Positions 59,601 through 64,000 of a stretch of DNA of 64,000 bases are shown here, in pieces; within the stretch, counting starts at the first letter, position 1; every line of letters begins with the position of its first letter. This stretch comes from Promethearchaeota archaeon (GTDB lineage: Archaea > Asgardarchaeota > Lokiarchaeia > Sigyniarchaeales > SOKP01). The notes under the pieces are model-generated. The model was not told where the DNA came from. It saw only the letters and a program-made list of their open reading frames with translations, and searched no databases. Made by a program: the position numbers and the translations under genes. The stretch spans positions 352,001-416,000 of the forward strand of contig JAHPZE010000001.1 in the NCBI GenBank assembly GCA_019058365.1. The letters run 5' to 3'.

Positions 59601-59767
59601 CATAAGGAACAATCTAATGTTGGAAAAGTCTTGTCCAGTTGAGACATTCTACCTCCAATTGAAGGTGATTTCTCAACTAGGTATACTTTAAATCCTAATT
59701 CTGTGAGATCAAGAGAAATTTGTATTCCCGCTATACCTCCTCCAATTACTAACACAGAACCCTCCAT
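56660..59767 (-). CDS. hdrA: Large heterodisulfide reductase A-like flavoprotein with two FAD modules
   Basis: VIGGGIAG, DKTFPTLDCSLC, FIQCAGSRD, CHCG...CSSDSQ...ASCTP, second IIGGGISG, C-terminal ferredoxin. Confidence 0.93.
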   Translation of the reverse strand: MEGSVLVIGGGIAGIQISLDLTELGFKVYLVEKSPSIGGRMSQLDKTFPTLDCSLCILAPKMVEVFRNPNVELMTYHEVLQVDGEPGNFTAKILKKPRYIDETKCKGCGECAAKCPKIMAPNPFEMNIGKRKSVFIPFPQAVPPIYLIDSEMCLYLTKGVCQICKKACPAEAIDFEQKPEEFEIKVGAVVVATGFEMPAEKLTSRWGYRYENVVSALEYERILCASGPFGGHVKRLSDDEEPEVIAFIQCAGSRDLHENVPFCSSVCCTYTAKQAIITQEHSDNSECYVFRHDIRAYGKNFYEFTQRAQKEYGVKYFQSKISTIEEDPETKDLIIHYEDLKTGEFKDFRANLVVLASPLVPSKGVKEIGKTLGIELDTYNFFKEKSYFDKLKSTRNGIFLCGFCQGPMDIPETVADASGVAAQIADLLNSVKFTQVKEKTFDIAEKVVKITDKPRIGVMVCHCGINIGNYVDVPRVVEYVKNLPNVVVCEANLYSCSSDSQIRIKELIAEHDLNRFIVASCTPRTHESLFQETCQEAGLNKYLFELVNIRDQCSWVHMKEKDAATHKAIDLIRMHVAKSKLLKPQKEDKIDITHTALIIGGGISGMTAALNIANQGFKTFLIEKKNELGGNLRFLNVLYPVHKNALELLNETKEKIEKSSNIQVFLNGGIKNIKGYVGNYDVVINDSNNKTHELKIGTIIVATGGQEFKPSGLFEYHDKNKNVMTQLELEQKLQNKDKSWLDQITRITLILCVNARQNEGITYCSNICCANSVKNVRILKELKPDLELVVIYRDLQMAKKQFEEYYRERRKDAIFLRYDLDNLPEVQKKKGSPEKYQIKVFDTNLKDTVEFETDLIILSTPMIPADNLKELAMMLKVPLDKNGFFLEAHVKLRPLDFATDGIFLCGCAQWPKNIQDSISQANGAAGRASRFLSADKITTSGLVAEVSEEKCIGCGKCEDVCPYKAIELIEITKEFEDVSIKVRKSNINAAVCKGCGTCAATCPVGAIMVKHYDFDQISTMIDSYLLEKEEVKNGL

Positions 59768-61047
59768 TATTTTTCTTCCTCCGCCGTTGGATTAGAATCA
59801 ACGACATAAATTAAATTTACTAAGAATTCAGAAAAATCGACTATTTCTATTGAGGAAATATCTTCATAATCATTTTGCAAGCACGAAAAATGCATTTTGC
59901 ACTTAGGACAAGACGTAACCATTATTTTTCCCACGTCTTTTGCTTCTAAGAGCCTTTTATATCGCAATGCTTTTGATCGATCATTACAATTCATCCAAGA
60001 ACTTACTCCACAACACAGAGCATCTTTCTTGTTATGTGCCATTTCATTAAACTTATATCCTAATTTTTTCAATTGAGAAAAAATTTCACGTACATTTTCT
60101 ATTATCTGACTATCTTTAGGTAAAAATCGACTTAGACGACATGGATCATGATAAGTAAATGGGATAGGTTCTTCTTTTTGAGAAGGATTCTTAAACTCAA
60201 TCTTATTTGCTTTCCAATTTTCATAAATATACTCTATTAAATGTTTAACAATGAATTTTTTATTAAAATCGTCAAAAAGATTTTGATAATCTACTTTAAA
60301 TGTCCTATAACATTCAGCACAGGCAGTTATAATTGTTTTAACTCCCGTTTCTTCAATTCTTTTAATATTCTTCTTTGCTAAATTGATAAATTCTTTGAGT
60401 TTTCCTTGACCCCAATAGAGATCATGGCCACAACAGATTTCATCTTGAAGAACTACTACAGGTTCTTTTTCAATCTGGCATAATATTTTTAAAGTGCTTT
60501 CTGCTATAGAATTGGAATTTTCAAACTCAAAATTAAAAAAGGGTAAACACCCAACATAATACATAATATTTCCATGTTCTGAAATTTCACATCCCTTAGG
60601 AACCCATTCAAGAGATCTTTCTGGCTTTATATCGGAAGCACTCATTATTTCTGAGATAGTTGTATATACCCCCTTATGAGCAATATACTCATCCGGGTTT
60701 TGATTATATGATTCTCGCATTTTATATTTAGCCATTCTTACGATGTCTGCGAAATTTATTCCCTCAGGACAGTTTTGAAGACAAGCATTGCAAGTTAAAC
60801 AATCCCATAAAATTCCACTCTCAATAACTTTATCCTCAAAACCCTCTAGAATCATTTCGATTATTCTGCTCGGTTCAAAAGTTTGAACTTTACTAAGTTG
60901 ACAAACACCACTGCATCGAACACATTGATAACATCGATATAATAATTTTCTTATATCTGGTTCATAAATTTTTTCAAGATATGAATCAATATTATCCTTA
61001 GGTTCTTCTGGATCTTCCGCTTTTGAAGTCTCTGTAATATTATTCAC
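59767..61047 (-). CDS. HdrD-like (HdrC plus HdrB fusion) Fe-S oxidoreductase
   Basis: CYQCVRCSGVC, CLTCNACLQNCP, CCG...TACAEC, YHDPC...CCG...TSCPKC. Confidence 0.9.
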   Translation of the reverse strand: MNNITETSKAEDPEEPKDNIDSYLEKIYEPDIRKLLYRCYQCVRCSGVCQLSKVQTFEPSRIIEMILEGFEDKVIESGILWDCLTCNACLQNCPEGINFADIVRMAKYKMRESYNQNPDEYIAHKGVYTTISEIMSASDIKPERSLEWVPKGCEISEHGNIMYYVGCLPFFNFEFENSNSIAESTLKILCQIEKEPVVVLQDEICCGHDLYWGQGKLKEFINLAKKNIKRIEETGVKTIITACAECYRTFKVDYQNLFDDFNKKFIVKHLIEYIYENWKANKIEFKNPSQKEEPIPFTYHDPCRLSRFLPKDSQIIENVREIFSQLKKLGYKFNEMAHNKKDALCCGVSSWMNCNDRSKALRYKRLLEAKDVGKIMVTSCPKCKMHFSCLQNDYEDISSIEIVDFSEFLVNLIYVVDSNPTAEEEK

Positions 61048-61198
61048 TTTCTCTGGTTATTTCAAATTTTAATAATTTGAACCAATAATGATTAGAAAAA
61101 AAATAGAAAGAATTTATTTTTTCTGATTAGGTTTCATAACTCTCTTGTCAAATGAGGAATTGCATTGATGATAAAGCAAGATTCTTCTTTATTTGAAT

Positions 61199-64000
61199 TT
61201 ACATAGCAAGTGTCCTAATCATTGCATTAATTTGCTCAAAATCGTAATGTTTTATTGAAATTGCCCCAACTGGACAATTAACAGCACAAGTTCCACAGCC
61301 TTTACATAATCCTGAATTAACAGTAGACTTCTTTATCGGAAGGCTCACTTCTTCAAACTTCTTCAGCACTTCTACAATTTCTATTGCGTTATATGAACAT
61401 ACTTCCTCGCATGTCCCACAACCGATACATATCTCTTTTTCTACTTCCGCAATTAATCCAGATGTGGTAATTTCTTCTGCGCTTAAAAATCTGCATGCTC
61501 TTCCTGCTGCGCCATTTGCCTGTGATATTGAGTCTTGGATGTTTTTAGGCCAATGAGCACATCCACATAAGAAAATTCCATCAGTAGCAAAATCTAATGG
61601 TCTTAATTTAACATGAGCCTCCAAAAAAAAACCATTTTTGTCTAATGGAACTTTTAGTTTCTGTGCTAATTCATCTAAGTTATCAGCTGGAACCATTGGT
61701 GTTGATAGTACTATTAAATCCGTGTTAAAATTAATATTTTCTTGTAGATTTGTGTCAAAGACTTTTATTTCAAATTTCTCTCTTCCTCCATTTATATCTC
61801 TAATGACAGGGGGATTGTCTAAATCATATCTCAAAAATATAGCATCCTTTCTTCTTTCACGATAATATCTTTCAAATTCTTTCTTTGCCATTTGAAGATC
61901 TCTATAAAGCACTATTAGCTTTAGATCCTGCTTTATTTCCTTAAGGATATTAATATTTTTTATAGCAGTTTCACAACAAATATTTGAGCAGTAAGTTATC
62001 CCTTTTTCTTGTCTTGCATTAACGCATAATAATGTTGTAATATGATTAAGTTTATCTAACCATGATTGATCTTCATCCTTTAATTTCTGTTCTAATTGTA
62101 ATTGTGTAATTACATTATGGTTCGTATAAGTATATTCAAAAAATTCATTAGGTTTTAACTCTTTTCCACCAGTGGCGACAATAATAGTGCCAATTTTTAA
62201 TTCATGAACATTGCTATCTGAATCGATAACTGAAGCATTATAGTTGCCAAGATATCCATAAATATCTTTCAATTCAGAATTTAAAAAGACTTGAATGTTC
62301 TTATTTTGTGTAACTTTTTCTATAGTTTCATTTAATAAGATTGAAGCATCCTCCTGGGTAGGATATAACATATTCAAATACTTTAAATTGCCACCTAAGT
62401 ATCTGTCTTTTTCTACGAGATAAACTTTAAATCCTTGATTAGCTATACTCAATGCGGCTGTCATTCCAGATATACCTCCACCAATTATCAATGCAGTTTG
62501 AGTAATTTTTAATTTCTCTTCTTTTTGCGATTTTAATAATCTTGATTTAGCAACTCCCATTCTTATTAAATCAATTGCTTTTTTCGTAGCAAGCTCCTTC
62601 TCTTTCATATGTACCCATGAACATTGATCACGGATATTTACCATGTCAAAAAGATACTTGTTTAGACCTGCTTCTTGACATGTCTCTTGGAATAATGATT
62701 CATGGGTTCGTGGGGTACAAGACGCGACAATAAATCGATTTAAATTATATTCACCTATTACTTCTTTAATTCGTTCTTGCGAATCAGAACTACAAGAATA
62801 AAGATTATCTTCACAAAAAACTACATTAGGCAATGTTTTTATGTGTTCTATAACTTGAGGAATCTCAATATATTTTCCAATATTAATACCACAATGACAG
62901 ATGAGGACCCCAATTCTAGGTATATCTGTTTCTTTAACTGCCTTTTCTGGTATCCCTACAATTTTTTCTTGTGTCTCAGTAAACTTAAAAGAATTAAGTA
63001 AAGTTGCTACTTGTGAAGCTACCCCACTGGAATCAGCTACCGTTTCTGGTATATCCATTGGACCTTGGCAAAAACCAGCTAAAAAAATGCCTTCTTTAGA
63101 GGATAAAGATTTACTGTAATATGATTTCTCCTGAAAAAAATTATATTCATCCAACTCGATATTTAAAACTTGAGCTAATTCTCTAGTTCCAGCCGAAGGG
63201 ACTAGGGGTGTGGCCAATACTACTAAATTTGCCTTAAAATCCTTAAATTTACCAATTTTTAGATCTTCATAATGAATTACTAAATCATTTGTTTCTGGAT
63301 CTTCTATTATTCTGCTAATTTTAGTTTGGAAATATTTTACCCCATATTCTGACTGAGCTCGCTGGGTAAACTCGTAGAAGTTTTTTCCATAAGCCCTAAC
63401 ATCATGCCTAAATACAAAACACTGTGAGTTTTCAGAATGTTCCTTAGTTATGATTGCTTCTTTAGCTGTATACATGCAACAAACTGAAGAACAATACGGA
63501 ACACCTTCACGTAAATCCCTTGAACCCGCGCATTGAATAAATGCTATTTTTTCTGGCTCTTTCGCATCGCTAGGTCTTACAATATGCCCCTGAAATGGTC
63601 CAGAAGCTGATAATATTCGCTCATATTCCAAAGCACTTACCACATTTTTATAATTATAACCCCATCTTGAGGTTAACTCTTCTCCTAACACATCATATCC
63701 AGTAGCAACAACAATAGCACCAACGTTCAATTTGATTTCTTGAGGTTTCTGTTCATAATCTATGGCTTCTGCCTTACAAACTTTCTCACAGACCCCGCAT
63801 ACTCCTTTAGTTAATTTTAAACACAATTCAGAGTCAATTAAGTATACCGGAGGTACTGCTTGAGGAAATGGAATGTAGATTGACTTTCTTTTACCAAGAT
63901 TCATATCAAAGATGTTAGGGGTTTCAATCTTTGGACATTTAGCAGCACAGTCACCACAGCCTTTACATTTAGTCTCATCAATATAACGAGGTTTCTTAAG
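61199..64000 (-). CDS. hdrA: Second large HdrA paralog, 5' end beyond the window
   Basis: The frame is open to position 64000 (LKKPRYIDETKCKGCGDC); colinear and highly similar to 56660..59767. Confidence 0.93.
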   Translation of the reverse strand, partial: LKKPRYIDETKCKGCGDCAAKCPKIETPNIFDMNLGKRKSIYIPFPQAVPPVYLIDSELCLKLTKGVCGVCEKVCKAEAIDYEQKPQEIKLNVGAIVVATGYDVLGEELTSRWGYNYKNVVSALEYERILSASGPFQGHIVRPSDAKEPEKIAFIQCAGSRDLREGVPYCSSVCCMYTAKEAIITKEHSENSQCFVFRHDVRAYGKNFYEFTQRAQSEYGVKYFQTKISRIIEDPETNDLVIHYEDLKIGKFKDFKANLVVLATPLVPSAGTRELAQVLNIELDEYNFFQEKSYYSKSLSSKEGIFLAGFCQGPMDIPETVADSSGVASQVATLLNSFKFTETQEKIVGIPEKAVKETDIPRIGVLICHCGINIGKYIEIPQVIEHIKTLPNVVFCEDNLYSCSSDSQERIKEVIGEYNLNRFIVASCTPRTHESLFQETCQEAGLNKYLFDMVNIRDQCSWVHMKEKELATKKAIDLIRMGVAKSRLLKSQKEEKLKITQTALIIGGGISGMTAALSIANQGFKVYLVEKDRYLGGNLKYLNMLYPTQEDASILLNETIEKVTQNKNIQVFLNSELKDIYGYLGNYNASVIDSDSNVHELKIGTIIVATGGKELKPNEFFEYTYTNHNVITQLQLEQKLKDEDQSWLDKLNHITTLLCVNARQEKGITYCSNICCETAIKNINILKEIKQDLKLIVLYRDLQMAKKEFERYYRERRKDAIFLRYDLDNPPVIRDINGGREKFEIKVFDTNLQENINFNTDLIVLSTPMVPADNLDELAQKLKVPLDKNGFFLEAHVKLRPLDFATDGIFLCGCAHWPKNIQDSISQANGAAGRACRFLSAEEITTSGLIAEVEKEICIGCGTCEEVCSYNAIEIVEVLKKFEEVSLPIKKSTVNSGLCKGCGTCAVNCPVGAISIKHYDFEQINAMIRTLAM

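Noticed and set aside
101-63119. Many short antisense or nested ORFs in the track (for example 101..352, 4575..4937, 6541..6777, 14962..15252, 21515..21880, 59067..59333)
   Set aside because: They are shadows of well-supported genes on the opposite strand or in another frame, with no motifs or RBS.
56216-64000. Selenocysteine recoding of mvhD or hdrA with a SECIS
   Set aside because: There is no in-frame TGA in the visible frames and the expected positions are Cys. AUGA-N11-AAA at ~61137 (minus strand) lacks a complementary 3' arm. The hdrA' N-terminus is outside the window and untested.

Overview
AT-rich, gene-dense archaeal chromosomal DNA, most likely from an Asgard archaeon of the Lokiarchaeia. 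This assignment is an inference from GGTGA-type ribosome-binding sites, TATA promoters, U-tract terminators, a Loki-CTERM-type sorting signal, a longin/uDENN-like protein and duplicated HdrA. I see no rRNA, tRNA, CRISPR array or intact transposase/integrase. From left to right the window holds: a truncated HdrD-like gene; a paralogous gene pair whose second member is fused to an MtdA/B-type methylene-H4MPT dehydrogenase; gdhA beside a two-component/Lrp module; a decayed foreign segment; two PIN-type toxin-antitoxin pairs bounded by repeats; a 13-kb Feo/DtxR plus NifX/COG1149/Mrp/IscU/DUF134 metallocluster island; a thiolase with an HMGS-like/DUF35 fusion; several large surface proteins; catabolic enzymes; and an hdrA-hdrD-hdrA-mvhD cluster running off the right edge. 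The most notable unexplained signals are: (1) a REC-Lrp fusion regulator with phased YGAA-N5-TTCR boxes at gdhA and both lrp genes; (2) an MEVLELKP peptide repeated in front of three domains of the Mtd-fusion operon; (3) a ~32-bp GC-rich repeat at each TA-cassette boundary; (4) a 14-bp TGAATAATTATTCA palindrome in front of the metallocluster operons; and (5) several genes that apparently must start at ATA, ATT or ACG. All family assignments come from motif recognition by eye; no searches were run.
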